From Ginglymostoma cirratum (taxonomy: Eukaryota), in contig JAHRHZ010000070.1 of NCBI GenBank assembly GCA_024137785.1, forward strand, positions 15,963,153 through 16,027,152: DNA of 64,000 bases, in the 5' to 3' direction. Below, piece after piece: positions 36,082-49,332 of this stretch. The notes beneath the pieces are model-generated. The model had not been told where the DNA came from. It did no database searches and was given only the letters and a program-made list of their open reading frames with translations. The position numbers and the translations under genes are program-made. Numbering within the stretch: position 1 is the stretch's first letter; every line of letters starts with the position of its first letter.

Positions 36082-39000
36082 GTAAGTCCTCGAGGGGGAG
36101 AATATTTCTCTGTTGCTTGTTACATGGAACTTCTGAAATTCAGCAACCTGCCTAACACATTAGTATTTGTATTTAGTTTCTCCCCTTTCACAACAGGACA
36201 GTGTTTTCGCTGCTTCTTTCCTGTAGAGTTTTGGTGCAAAGCAGTCTTGAGTGGTTGGGGAGCAAGGATACCACTATAAATGGAGCAACTTCAGGGAGAA
36301 CATGATATTTTGGTCTTTTATCTTGTGGTTGAAGGTTAGCGTGCCTGTCTGTATTTTGGTAACACCTGATGAGGCAAAATCCCCAGCCTTTACCTCTGTT
36401 GTTATTAGACTCCAATCCCTGAAATGGGGAAGGGGCAAAATCAGGCAGAAATCCCCTCTCCCCACCCCAAGTGATTCTTGCTGCAAGTGTCACTGGTGCG
36501 GGCTGTGGGTGAAAGCAGGATTGGAATGTCCTCTCTTAGTCACAAAAAAAACTTATACATGTTCATCAGATGCTCTGATTTTAACCACATGTAATGGAAA
36601 CCAGTCTGGAGTCGGAGGGAGTTTATTTAAATGGGGAACAACTGATGCCAGTGTTTCCCCACTGCCTTTTTGGAGTGTCCGTAAAGAGTGCATATTCATA
36701 TCAGTCTGCTAAATCTAGTCGAAGGACTGAATAGCAGAGCAGGGTAGGCTTGCCCAAGAGGCCAGAACAGTCAGAGAAGGGCTTGTAAGCCAGAAGATGG
36801 CTGGACCAGTTTTTAATTTGTTTACATTTGGGCAGAGGTGCTCCCCTGTGCTCCATGAGGAAGCCATGAGCCGTTTGTTCTTTTTTAAGCCTTTGACCTC
36901 CTGCTTGTCTTACTTGTCGGGGAGCACACCCACAGATTTTAGGCTTCCTATCATCTTCCCCTTCTAACCGGGGCTAGGATTCTGTGAAGATTGTGGGCCT
37001 AACCAGACCTCCATGTCCTGAGTGCACGGTCCACTCTGAACTCGAGTGCGCACCACGTTCCCCTTCACCCCCGTCATGTGAGAGACTGCAAGTCTCTGAC
37101 TTCTATAAGATGTGTGAAGAAACGTCCGTGGGATAAGAGACAATGGCGGCTGGAAGCTAGGAAGTATTCCAGGAAAAACAAACCCTTTCAGTCAAAGAAA
37201 AAAATGAGGGGCGACTGTAGCAGGGAGTGGATTGGGGCTGAGGGGTGAGGGGGTTGCTGGAGAGGAGTGTAATTTACTTTAAAAGCTCCTTTCCCACCCC
37301 CTCTACTCCCATCACCCTTTCAGTAGAAGCCGGGAGATTATTTTTCCTTCAATGTAACACTACTTGCCTCAAAAACATTTGTTCCAGCAAGAGGTTTGAA
37401 AAGCCATCTAAAGCTTAAAGATGGCTGAAAATGCTAAATCACATTTTACTTTTGCACTTTCGGGTACTTGCTGTTTTTCAAGAACCTAAGTCAAAAATTT
37501 TACAAACTGGTTACCCACATCCTCCTTGACTTTCGTACTGAATTCGGCCGGATTGACTTGGGATATTCCCGATTGGAATTTTGATGAAGAGCTGCGAAAT
37601 GCTGGCCACTGAGAATTGCAGTAAACAGCAAGCTGTGTCAGTCCAGCCTCTCCCCATTCTTTGTAGGTCCCATCATGTATCACCACGGCTCCCATTTAAA
37701 AGCATGTTTAATGCATATAAATGATAATCAGTCGTGATGGGTCAAACTCACTATTTCTTTTCTCATTACAATTTTACTTTCATCTGGTAGGTTGCATGTT
37801 TATATGAGAGTGAACTAACAGTTTTCTATGGATGCTAACTGACAATATTTTGAGCTCTGCATGTTTATGTAAGCATCCCACTGTATCACTTGGGAGCATA
37901 TTTGTCCCATGGTTTGTTAAAACCTGCAGGTAGGTACAAGGTGCCTCTGTCCTGGTTTTTTTTGTAATATTTCCTGTTGATCACTGTTGGTAGTGTTTTG
38001 ATTTAACGTTTTGCATGCCGTTGTTGCATCTGTCCTCTGGCACGTTTCATTCATTAACTGGAGTTCCACTGTGGGGACCAGCCTTGTAAATGAATCCATC
38101 ACTTAACTGGGTGTCACTGTTCTCTGGTGACTTAGATGGTGGTTTGAGCAATTGTGAATCAAAAATGAACTGTAACCAATGGAGAGGGGAAGGATAGAAT
38201 TGAAAGAGGAGACAGATAACGCTGTATCTGTTCCATAATTGTTGGTCTTTCATACTTAATTGCTTTGTATGCGTTGGACTTTTACTCCTAGATATGTGTC
38301 ATTCTTACTAAAAATTGTCTTAGTTTGTGCTTAGTTCACAGTATTTTTGATATTTATTTGGGTCTAGTTGTATTTCTGGTACTTTTTGCACCACAGTTAA
38401 AATTCTCTGAATTTAATCCTTCTATCTTGGTGGGCCCCATAGTTCAGATGCCAGATTCATAGTCATCCCTTTTTCAATTGAGGCACAGTTTTCTCTTTGC
38501 ACCCAATTCCAGCATTTCTAGTCTCCGAGCTCCCACATCATTAGTGCCAAATCCTTGGGAGGTAAACTGCCATTCCAGGAGCACGTTTCCAAAACAACCT
38601 TCCAACGTAATATATGGGAATGCACCATTGACTGTGTAAGCTGTTAGCGCCGTACTTTAGGTCTTTTGATGCTACATAGTTATTGGTGCTTTCTCAGTTT
38701 TGCAACATAGGTTTCGACAGGTTATGTCACATGAGAAAAGCAATGCTTTTGCTTTAACTATGGAATAACAATGTTGAGCTAGCAAATTTTTACAGTACAG
38801 TAAACCTGCCAATTCTGTTTTTTATTACTAATGAACACAATAATTGGAAACGTCCCATCCTCTTCTGATCGCTGACTGCCTGACTAGTGTCCTCTCTGTC
38901 TCTCCATCACAAATGCTGGGAGTGGAAAAGAAACCAAAGTAAGATTACATGATTCTTACTGATTCTACTCCACACATTAAAAACAAATGCTTAAAATTTT

Positions 39001-40170
39001 TTTTGTTAATTAATTAATTAAACAAATTGACGGCTGATATCTGTTCACTTACATAGCTGACATTTTACAAGATCACAGTATCTGACTACTAATACTTGTG
39101 GCAGAATGTAATGGGAGTTGTCTTCACAGATGAGTGACCTTTTTCAAGATTTGGAAGTGCACGTGAAAGGCTCAAGTTCTTAGAGGAGGACACTGGGTCA
39201 AAGACAGAAGGAATGACCATAAGGAGAGAGAGGTCACAACCAGAGGTTTGGGTGGAGGAAGGGAGGAAGCCACCAGATAAACAAGTTTGAAGCTTGTGCA
39301 AGGGCAGATTGACAGGAGCAAGTGGTCCTAGGCTTCTGAGATCATGGGGCAAAGGAATTGGAGTCAGAGAAACGATGTGTCAAACCTTGAGTACGTTTCA
39401 GGAAGGAAGAGCATGTAGGAAACTATGTACTTGGAGAGCATGCTTGGAGCATACAAAGAAAAATTCCAAGTTGTAGCAGGACAGAAATGTAAAGACTAGA
39501 ACATGCTGCACAAGGGATAGTGGGGCAATGTGAGGCATTCAGTCAGATAAAATATGATTGCATTTTTCAGTTATTTAGAAGTATTTAATCTCCTTAACCT
39601 CTCCACATTGTAAGAATGTTACTATTCAGCTGAAAAAAAGCCTGGAGATTGCACGTTCCAGACAGGAATAGCTCAAACCCAGCTTTTGAGATCTGCCAGC
39701 TGTGTTTTGAATTGGGTCATGGCACTGTCTTGTTCCTGGACAGTGGGCGTTTTCTCAGTCTGAAATGTTTCTTCCCTACAGCTGACGTGTTATATAAGGA
39801 ATGTGATGAATGGGGATGGGGCCCTATATGTAACAGATTGTGTTATTAGATACCAGTTGGTTCTGAGTGGATGTAGGTTGGTCCGGCTTGGTTTTGTTCA
39901 AAGGGGAAGGGTTCTCTTTGATAAAGGGGTGGCTTTTTTCTGCCATATTCCTCCGACTGTCCTAGCTTTTCTCTGACACCAAATAAATCAACCGTTGACC
40001 AGATTTTAGAAACGGTGCAAAATTTCTACCATAGTTTCTGTGGATTAAAAGTTACAACTGTCTCTAGCATGATACTGTTATTAAATTAGAATCACCATGA
40101 ATCCGATACTTGACCGTGCATATAATATGTGAAGCACTCCGTACAATCATTGCTTCTTCTTTCTTTTTAG

Positions 40171-40342
40171 CCTCCAAGGTCCGTGGCAAGTTACCCTCAT
40201 TCTCCTGTGCCGGGGAATCCCACTCCGCCCATGACTCCAGGAAGCAGTATTCCACCATACCTGTCTCCTAACCAGGATGTAAAGCCACCATTCCCACCTG
40301 ATATCAAACCCAACCTCAGCTCCTTGCCGCCGCCACCTCCAA
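40171..40342 (+). CDS. ZMIZ1: ZMIZ1-like coding exon H
   Basis: ctttttag|CCT...CCAA|gtgagt; 172 nt; [57 protein letters not shown]. Confidence 0.95.
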
Positions 40343-42025
40343 GTGAGTCGGATGCGAAAGGCAAATGTTTTTAAAACTGGGATCACGATGTGCAGTGAAG
40401 GATGCAGCTCTTCAAATCTCCACTTCTTATCTTGTAGCCCGGTATAACACAACTCCAGCAGGGCTTTCTGCTTGTACACACAAAACGATCGTAAATACAA
40501 CTTGTTTGTTCTTACTCCAAAGCGTGGGGCAAAACCACTGCAGAACCTGTAAACAGACAATTAACAGTAGCTTCAACAAGGAGTCTATGATCTCCCACTG
40601 TCAATTTGACAAAAGGAGTAATGGAATTGGCTTATTTCACCAGTTTGTTATCAGAATTTCCATTGAAGTTATGATGAACAGGAGAATGCTCCTTGAGGTT
40701 ACCGGTGTCAATGTCAAATTTTCTTCTTGGAATATGTATCTGCAAGCAATGTTGCCTATACATTTCAACTGTCAATTCCAAATCTTGTCTCCATCTTGTT
40801 AACTTAAATCCCTAAGTAGATATCAATCACCTTTTTGTACTTTGCACATATAATGGAGCAGAAGAAGGGAGGAGAATTTTCTTCAGTTGTGTCTCACTGA
40901 AAGTAGGGTTTCCATTGAGGCAATGGTGGGGGATGAATAGGTGCAGAACCCAGGGGGAATGTGCCCCCATGGTCTACTTGAGATCTGGATCCACATTCTC
41001 ACCTTGACTGTTTTTGCTGGCTTAGCTTCAGTTTAATGGTTGTGGCCTGTGTCAATCTGTGAGCTGAGGAGCATCAAAGACCGCACCCGAAAGACTTAGA
41101 AAAGTACTTAATAAATCTAATGGGAAATCCAACAAATGCATTTCCAGTTGAGTTTCAATACTGTAGTTATCACAGTTTTGACCACCTCATGATCTCACCC
41201 TTTGGTTAACAAAGATGCCTCTCATTTATTTATTTCACATTTCCTGAATGTGCTGAGCAGTTGGGTCTGCTAGACTTTGTTATGTGGTATTATCAGGAGA
41301 GCAGAATTCCAGGTGTGAAGATTGCTGTCAGTCTGTTCTGCTGAAGCCAAATCTTTTAAAGTGCAGTTCCCTTTAACTCTCCTGGCTATAAATTGACTTT
41401 GCAATGTCACCACCTAAACGGTTAAACTGTTTGCATCATCATGTTCCTTCACCTGTCTTGTTGAGGATGCTTAAACCTTTCCAAGTATTTATCACATTGT
41501 TTCTCTTATTCTGAGTATTCATATGGCCATATATCAGTAAGCTTTTAAATTACACAAACAGCGCACTTGCAATGTCTAAAATCTGCTCCTTATTTTTTTG
41601 TCAAGTGACTTCCTTTTGTATCAGTCAATTTTCTCGCCCAAAATGTAGTGGAGATGAATCCAGAATTTTTTTGTCATGCATCTAATTTGAAATCCGAGAG
41701 CTGAACAAGTTCCTTCACATGAAGAGTGAAGCATCTGGAATGGTTTTCAAACTGACTGGTTGTGACTTGTTTAGGAGTGTTTCTATCACCGATTAAGTGG
41801 TGGGGGGATAGTTTTGGGGACAATCTGCGATCAAAAATACTGACTGTAGACTTGTGTTCATAACTTTGATAATTACATCTCTAAATACAACAGTGAAGGT
41901 TTTACACCCATAGCTACCCCCCTCCTCAAAAGGATTAAAATGTTGTTTAAAATCGGTGGGGTTATTTTCACAGTGTATTTTTCCATTGAACATTTAAACT
42001 TCACTGTGTTTCCCTGAGTATATGT

Positions 42026-42083
42026 CAGGTGCGTGATTTGCATGTAAAAGAGTCTATTTGCATGGACTGAGTCAAATGCAAAT
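42026..42083. promoter_or_regulatory. Candidate POU/octamer enhancer module
   Basis: ATTTGCAT 42036, ATTTGCAT 42056, ATGCAAAT 42076, TGAGTCA 42068, CAGGTG 42026. Confidence 0.55.
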
Positions 42084-42545
42084 CAGATCAGATTGCTTTC
42101 ATTGGGTGAAGTTTATCAGTTAGGAATCATGTATTAACAATGTTTCATGTAGGATATAGGGCTCTTTTGGCACAAGTGGTAGTGCCCCTACCTCTAAGCC
42201 AGCAGGCCCAGGGTTCAAGTCCCAGAACAGGTTGATCAGGAGATATCTATTCTTGGGATAAGGCTAGCGGACACTGGAGGGGTGGGGAGCTGGTTTGCGG
42301 AGGGTTAAAAACAGGACTGTTTTGCCTCCTTACTCAGCTAGGGTACAATTTATGACAGTCCTGCTGAATCTTCTGGCGCAGAGGATCTCTAGTCCACCCT
42401 CCCACAACCACAAAGTCCAGGGATGTGAGAAAAGAGAGAATTGTTCCAATGAAGTGAAATCTGGTGATGATATGAAAACCACATTTTTACTGTGTCACAG
42501 ATGCTAAAGGGAAAGTTGACACTTTCTCTCCCTCTTTGGTCTCAG

Positions 42546-42681
42546 CCAACGATGAGCTGCGGCTGACATTCCCAGTCCGAGATGGTGTGGTTTTGGAGCC
42601 CTTCCGATTGGAGCATAACCTGGCAGTCAGTAACCATGTCTTCCACCTGCGGCAGTCGGTGCACCAGACATTAATGTGGAG
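42546..42681 (+). CDS. ZMIZ1: ZMIZ1-like coding exon I (start of conserved central domain)
   Basis: ggtctcag|CC...TGGAG|gtaaga; 136 nt; [44 protein letters not shown](R). Confidence 0.96.
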
Positions 42682-42809
42682 GTAAGAGCATGAGTGGAAA
42701 TCACTTGCGTTTGGATGGTGCCTTTCACATCCTCAGGGTTGTCTGCATTTGGAAGACAGTCACTATTGTTTTACAAGCAGCTGCAGCTATTAGCTTACAC
42801 ACTGCTAGA

Positions 42810-43170
42810 TGTTATTGATGTGTTTAAAATTATGACGGGACTGGCTGCTAGCATGATGTTTCCCCAACCTGGAATTGCAATGTAAAAGGGTCTGTCTGAA
42901 ACAATGTGCCAAGGTTTCAGGATTACACTATAGACTATTTCAGACTAAGTTGAGGAGAAATTTCTTCCCTCTCTGAAATGCTGTACTCCATAAGGCTGTG
43001 GAGGTCAAGTCACCGTATATATTTTAACAAAGAACTAATTTCTAGAGGCTAAAGGTATCAAGGGGTGTGGAGAGAAAGAGCAGGGGTAAGGCATTAAGAT
43101 AGAGGATCAACTAAGATTATGTTAAATGAGGGAGCAGGCTCGATGGAGTGAATGGCCTGCTCTTCCTTTT
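42810..43170 (+). mobile_element. CR1 LINE 3' end
   Basis: IDVFKIMTG motif and CR1 3' UTR ggagcaggctcgatggagtgaatggcctgctc. Confidence 0.7.
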
Positions 43171-43199
43171 TTCTGTATTTGCCTCTAAAGTCTCAAAAT

Positions 43200-43490
43200 G
43201 AGCATTGCAGTAAATGATCAGTGAATCTGTTCTAGGGATGGCAAGACACCAGGAAAAATTCCTGTGCTCCTTTTCCAGTAGGTGCCATGGATTATTTTAC
43301 ATCCACCTGAATAGGATGAGGGGGCTTGATTTTATTCATGTCTCACTCAAAAAAAAAAAAAAAAAAAAAGCCACTCCATCAGGACTGCTGTGAATGGAGA
43401 GTCTAACTGCTGTGTTTGAGGTCTGGATTTGGGCCTGAACTTGCAATCTTCTATCCTGAAGGAAGAGAGCTAGCACTAAACCAAGCCGGC
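43200..43490 (-). mobile_element. Deu-domain SINE remnant containing an A21 run (43349-43369)
   Basis: caagacaccagga...gtgccatggattattttacatccacctga matches the reverse complement of the Deu-SINE core. Confidence 0.6.
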
Positions 43491-43779
43491 TATTGGAGCA
43501 GTACCAGATACTCGGTGCGATTTATCATCTAAATTTTTTAAAAGCGTTGAGGTGTTTCATCATTGTAGGACAGAAGCTGCTGAAGTCATACTGAAATCCC
43601 AGTTTACAGGCATGTTTGTGTGAAATTCTCTTGCTATTTTGTAGCAGCATTGATCTAAATAGTTTAAGTGGTGCAAATGTCAACGTTACTTTCATTTTGA
43701 CATCTGTCTTGTCAGTGCACTAAATTGGGTTGTATCTCAGTCCTTTCGCCCATTAAGTGGAAACAATGAGGCATGGGAT

Positions 43780-44520
43780 CATGCTGCTTATTACTGGTCT
43801 AGTAACCCAGAGACCTGGGCTATTGATCCAGAGACACAAGTTCTAATCCCAGCAAGGTACATGAGGAAGATGAGCATTTATTGCGCACCCCTAGTTGCCC
43901 TTGAACGTAGTGGCTTGGTAGGCCATTTCAGAAGATACTTGAGAGTCAACCAGCTGGGGTTGTGGAGTCACATGTAGGCCAGACCAAGTGAGGAATACGG
44001 GTTTCCTTCCCTAAAGGACAGTTATCAGCCAGATGGGTTTTTCTGACAATCGATAATGGTTTCATGGTCATCCAGTAGATTTTTAATTCCAGATTTTTTT
44101 TTATTGAGTTCAAATTCTGCTATCTACCATGGAGGGATTTGAACCCAGATCCTCAGAACATGAGCTGAGTTTCTGATTTATTGTCTAGCAATAATACCAG
44201 AAGGCCATCGCCTCACCATTATTAAATGAAATAAATCTGGAATGAAAAAGCATGAACCTTTAGATTGCTGTAAAGCCCCTTTTGTTTCACTTGTATCCTT
44301 TAAGGAAGGAAACCTGATGATTGATCCTGGTCTGCATGTGACTCCAGAACCACTGTAATGTGGCTGACCCTTAAATGCCCCCTGGAAGATATGAAAAGCT
44401 ATAGTAATTTCCTGCCTAATGGTGTGGCTCCTTCACACAACTGTTGGCAGTTCAAGAAGGTGACTCCTTGGGAACTGGCAGTCGATGATGGCTTTGCCCA
44501 ACCTCCCTTGAATGAGTAAA
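43780..44520. mobile_element. Nested SINE-B: minus copy (about 43872-44215) inside an older plus copy, followed by a LINE tail
   Basis: Plus head 43780-43868; plus body resumes at 44225-44385 (tttaaggaaggaaacctg...catgtgactccagaacc). Confidence 0.75.
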
Positions 44521-45129
44521 GAAAAATATCTCTGGTTGAGTGTGGATGTCGAGAGAAGTGGAAGAAATTCCTCCTGTTCTCTGTTACCGTTTTCTGATTC
44601 GGAATGTGATGTGGTGTTATACTGAAGTGAATCAGACACATTTATCAGCACTAACACAGGTTAGAACAGTGACTCAGCAAGATTACCTGATGAGTAGCTG
44701 AGAGATGGAGACCTTGAATCTCTCGGTTCACTTTGCTAGATTTTGACTCAGTTGTGATGCTCAAAGGTTGTCAAGTCAGCTGACCGTACTAGTAAAGCTT
44801 GCACATGAATAATGCAACGTACTGGAGAGATCCCAGTCATCTCCGATATTTGGAGAGAGCTAATCATATCAGAAAAGATAGGGACAGAATGCTGGAAGTT
44901 TTGAAAAAAATTGTAGGATCTTTTATAGGTATTCTCAGCTGTCAAGATAGAAGGATACTGGATCCCTTCAAAACCTCCAGCTTTATGGAAGATGACACTA
45001 ATGGGACCAGTGGCATTGAGTCCGCATGGAGAAATAGCGGCCACACTGGATTGCAAGCGGTTTTTTTTTGTGATGAATGTGTGTTGCTTTGGTGTGTAAT
45101 TTTGTGCTCGATTTCTGCAATTTATCTGA

Positions 45130-45381
<252 letters not shown>

Positions 45382-45766
45382 TAATTTGTGTCTTAGTGTA
45401 AAATATCTCCTTTTGTTTTTGGTATGTCTTTTTCACTAAGCTGCCAGGCCTGTAAGCCTCCTGATTATCTGCTCCAAGGTCTTTCCATGTACTTCGAAGG
45501 TGCACATGAGTTTGCCTTAGGAACAGTTGGACTCTGATCTCCTTTCTCCATTTCAGGCCCATGCTTGTGGGCTTGGGAGACAGCTGTAAGAAACATTTTT
45601 TTTGAGCTGGCACTGTGCTGTGCAGCATTCACTCAGACTTTGCCACCAAGTAGCATTCTTCCTTGGAAGGAAAAATAAGTTCACTTTGGAAGTTTTGAGA
45701 TTTACAGCAACCGTTTTAAAATGACAATGCTTTAAAATGATTGCATGTCAGAGTGAAGCACGTTTT

Positions 45767-45860
45767 TGTATAGTAGAGACAGTCTACTATACAGTGAATG
45801 TATAGTAGATACTATATCTACTATATATAGTATATAGTATATATACATACTATATGTATA
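45767..45860. repeat. TA-rich tract made of three consecutive inverted repeats
   Basis: tgtatagtaga-gacag-tctactataca; tatagtagata-cta-tatctactata; tatacata-cta-tatgtata. Confidence 0.85.
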
Positions 45861-46709
45861 CTCGTGAATGATTATCTCAGTTCCAAATCTACTAATCATC
45901 ATATCAGTGCTCATTGAGAATTTCCTGCTGCCTTATTTGATCAGCAGCTTAATGCCATCCGGGCTATCAGTCTCCACCATCTGCCAATACTTTTAACAGA
46001 ACAAATGTCACTTCTCCACTTGATAAGTTATTTTTTCCCTGTATTGCATTGTGACATAGTGCCCCTTACACAGTCACAGCGGCCTGGAGTTTTCTGCTGA
46101 AGAGATATACTCAGAAATCTACTTTGAAATTTATGATTTTTGTTATGCAGTCAGCAGTTTACTCGCAAATTTTCTGCCAATCTTAAGAAACTGAGGAAAA
46201 GTAAAAATCAGCTGAAACAATTCCTAGGGTAAACACAGAAATAAGATCATGTGTCTCTCCTTAAGTGTGGAAATCAAAATTTGAAGCCATCTAACTATCA
46301 TCCATGCACCTTGTGCACAGGAGATATTTAAGATTCTGCAATCATGGAAGCTTTCCAAATGTTAATGTAGTGGAATTCATACATATTCCTCAAAAATTAC
46401 ATTCAAAGCAGCAGAAAACTCAATCCAGATGTCACCAAGGATAAATAAGGAAAATTGCCTTAACAAAAGTCTCTTTTCATAAGCCCATAAAATTTGGGAT
46501 GAATTTTCTGCCCACTTTGAACCAGCAGAAAAAGAAATCATTGTTTACACAGTCGTCAAAATGATTCAAGACATGCCCTATCACAGTGATTGATGAATGA
46601 GTAGAAACGACAAAGAAATTTGGGTGTAACTTAAGTATGTGTGTAACAAACAGGCAGCTGAATTTTCTCCATCTTTTAACATTAGCAATTGGCTCTGTGC
46701 CCCAAAATG

Positions 46710-48320
46710 CAAACATACAAATTAGGAGCAGGAGCCAGCCCATCAAGTCTGCTCCACTATTCATTAACAGCGTAGCTGATTTCATTGTAACTTTAAATCC
46801 ATGGTCCCACATACCCCTGGTAATTTTTTACCCTCTTGCTTAACAAAAATCTACCTGCCTCTGCCTTGAAAATGTTCAAGGACTTTGCTTCTATAGCATT
46901 TTTCAGGAAGAGATTTCTAAAGATTCACAACCCTCTTTGGAAGAATTTCAACTTATCTGTTTTAAATGGGTAGTCCTTGATTTTGAACAGGGACCCCTAG
47001 TTCAATATTTTCCCATAAGAGAAAACATTCTCTGTGGTCAAGACCCCTTATGATCTTTTCAATCATATCACATCCTCCTCTTTAATCACCAGTAGAAATA
47101 AGCCTGGTCTGTCCAACCTCTCCTCATAAGATAACAGTCTCAGAGGCTAGGAGTTCTGAAACAAATAATTTACCGCCTGACTCCCAAAGGCACATGTCAG
47201 GAGTCTGATAGAATACTTCCTGCTTGCCTGGATGAATGTAACTGCCAAAAACACTCAAAAGAACGTGACACCAACTAGGACAAAGCAGCCCACTTGATAG
47301 GAGCTGTATCTACAAGCTTTCACTCCCTCCACCATTGAAGTTCAGTAGCATCGTGTACCACCTAATAGGTGCACTGCAGAAATTCACCAAGGCTCCTTAA
47401 CAACTTCCAAACCTATGACCACTTCAATCTTGAAGGACAATGGTAGCATAAAAATGGGATACCACCATCTGCAAGTTCCTCTCTGAACTGTGCACTATCC
47501 TGACTGTTAAATAAATCACTATTCATTTAGTGTCACTGGGTCAAAATCGTGGAAACCCTCCCTAGTGGCATTGTGAATCCATTTTCACCTGATTGTCTGC
47601 AGCAATTCCAGAGGTGGCTCATCACTACCACCTCAAGGGCAACGAGAGATGGGCAATAAATGCTTGCTCAGCAAACATCACTTGCATCTCAAAAATGAGT
47701 ATTAAAAAAAAAAAATTCCATGCCAGGTAGTTGTCTGATAATTCTTCTCTGAACTGCTTTCAACTCATTTTCATCCTTTTTTAAATAAGGAGACCGATAC
47801 TGTACACAGTACTCTAGATGTGGCCTCAGCCAGAGCCCTGTTTGACTGAAGTACAACCTCATTACTTTTTGTATTCAGTTTCCCTCACAATAAATGATAA
47901 CATACAAGTACCTGCATACTAACGTTTTATAATGTATTGACAAGGATACCTAGATCCCTTTGCATCTCCGAGCTCTGCAACCTCTCACCATTTAGATACT
48001 ATGCTTTTCCTATTCCTGCTGCCAGAATGAACAATTTTATATTTTCCCACATTGTACTCCATTTGGCGTGTCAGTGCCCATTCACTCACCCTACTTTTTA
48101 TAGTTTCTTTATGACCTTTTCACAATTTACTTTCGTACCTATTTTGATGCCTCAGCATATTTGGCAACAAAACTTTAGTCCCTCCATTTATCTAAATTGT
48201 AACCAGTTGAGGTCCCTGTAGCACATCACTCTCTACATCAAGACAATCTGAAAAACACCCATTTATGCCAATTGCCCGCTTCCTGTTAGTTATCCAATCT
48301 TCACATATCTTTGGCTGCAC
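46710..48320. mobile_element. CR1 LINE (-) interrupted by a LINE-B 3' fragment (+, about 47140-47715) ending in a poly(A) run
   Basis: CR1 sequence stops at about 47135 and resumes at 47716 (ttccatgccaggtagttgtctgata); the insert ends gatgggcaataaatgct...aaaaaaaaaaa. Confidence 0.8.
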
Positions 48321-48444
48321 TTTCATGGAAAATTCTAATTTCTCATTTAAAATACAAGTGGTAAAAGTAGGCATCTAAGTGTAGGTAACAGAGAGTTAAA
48401 AGAAAAACCCAGTTCATTATATGATGTAGAAATCTTAGGATATT

Positions 48445-48935
48445 GAGTCATAGAGCTGTACAGCACAGAAACAGACTCTTTGGTCCAGCTTTTCCATGCC
48501 ATACAGATAATCTAAATTAATCTAGTCCCATTTGCCAGCATTTGGCCTATACCCCTCTTAAACCCTTCCTATTCATGCACCATTAGATGCCTTTTAAATA
48601 TTGTAATTGTACCAGCCTCCACCACTTCCTCTGGCAGCTCATTGCAGACACGCGCCACCCTCTGTACGAAAAAGTTGCCCCTTAGGTACCTTTTAAATCT
48701 TTCCCCTCTCACCTTAAACCTATGCTGTCTAGTTTTGGACTCCCTGACCCTGGGGAAAAGACCTTGACTAGTCACCCTATGCATGCCCCTCATGATTTTA
48801 TAAACCTCTATAGGTCACCCTTCAGCCTCCAATCCTCCAGGGAGAATAGCCCCAGCCTACTCAGCCTCTGCCTGTACCTCAAATCCTGCGACACTGGCAA
48901 CATCTTTGCAAATCATTTCTGTACCCTTTCGGGTT
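48445..48935 (-). mobile_element. HER1/CR1 LINE 3' end, relatively young
   Basis: Minus ORF LFPRVRESKTRQHRFKVRGERFKRYLRGNFFVQRVARVCNELPEEVVEAGTI; related tails at about 3365-3480, 9570-9700, 14085-14205, 16712-16885, 30745-30925. Confidence 0.9.
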
Positions 48936-49332
48936 TATTGTTGAGAAATCAGAGACAGAAAATGAATTGGGTAAAAAAATTTGAAGGATCAGTAGAGAGA
49001 CAATAAACATGTGTGTTTTACTTCTTATGGAATTTATGCAGCATGCACATTTCACTTGTGCTATCCACCATGTGCCAGTTTTATTATTAGTCACTCATGG
49101 TTATTCCCTTTGTATTTCTTGTGGCTCATTGGATCATATGATGTCTTATAATGTAAAGAGCATTACAATGTATTATGCACAATATACTACTTTGTTGCTA
49201 AGCTTTGTTTCATCTAACTTAAGCCTTTAGTCACTGATCTGTAGTCCACTTAAGTTAATACAGCCTGAAGTTGGTTACTGGTGATGTGGTAACTTTACAG
49301 CAAGAACAGTACAGCACTTTTACTTATACATA

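Noticed and set aside
43349-43369. A21 run as a possible retrocopy tail
   Set aside because: It lies inside a Deu-SINE remnant with no upstream retrocopy body or target-site duplication; most likely homopolymer expansion
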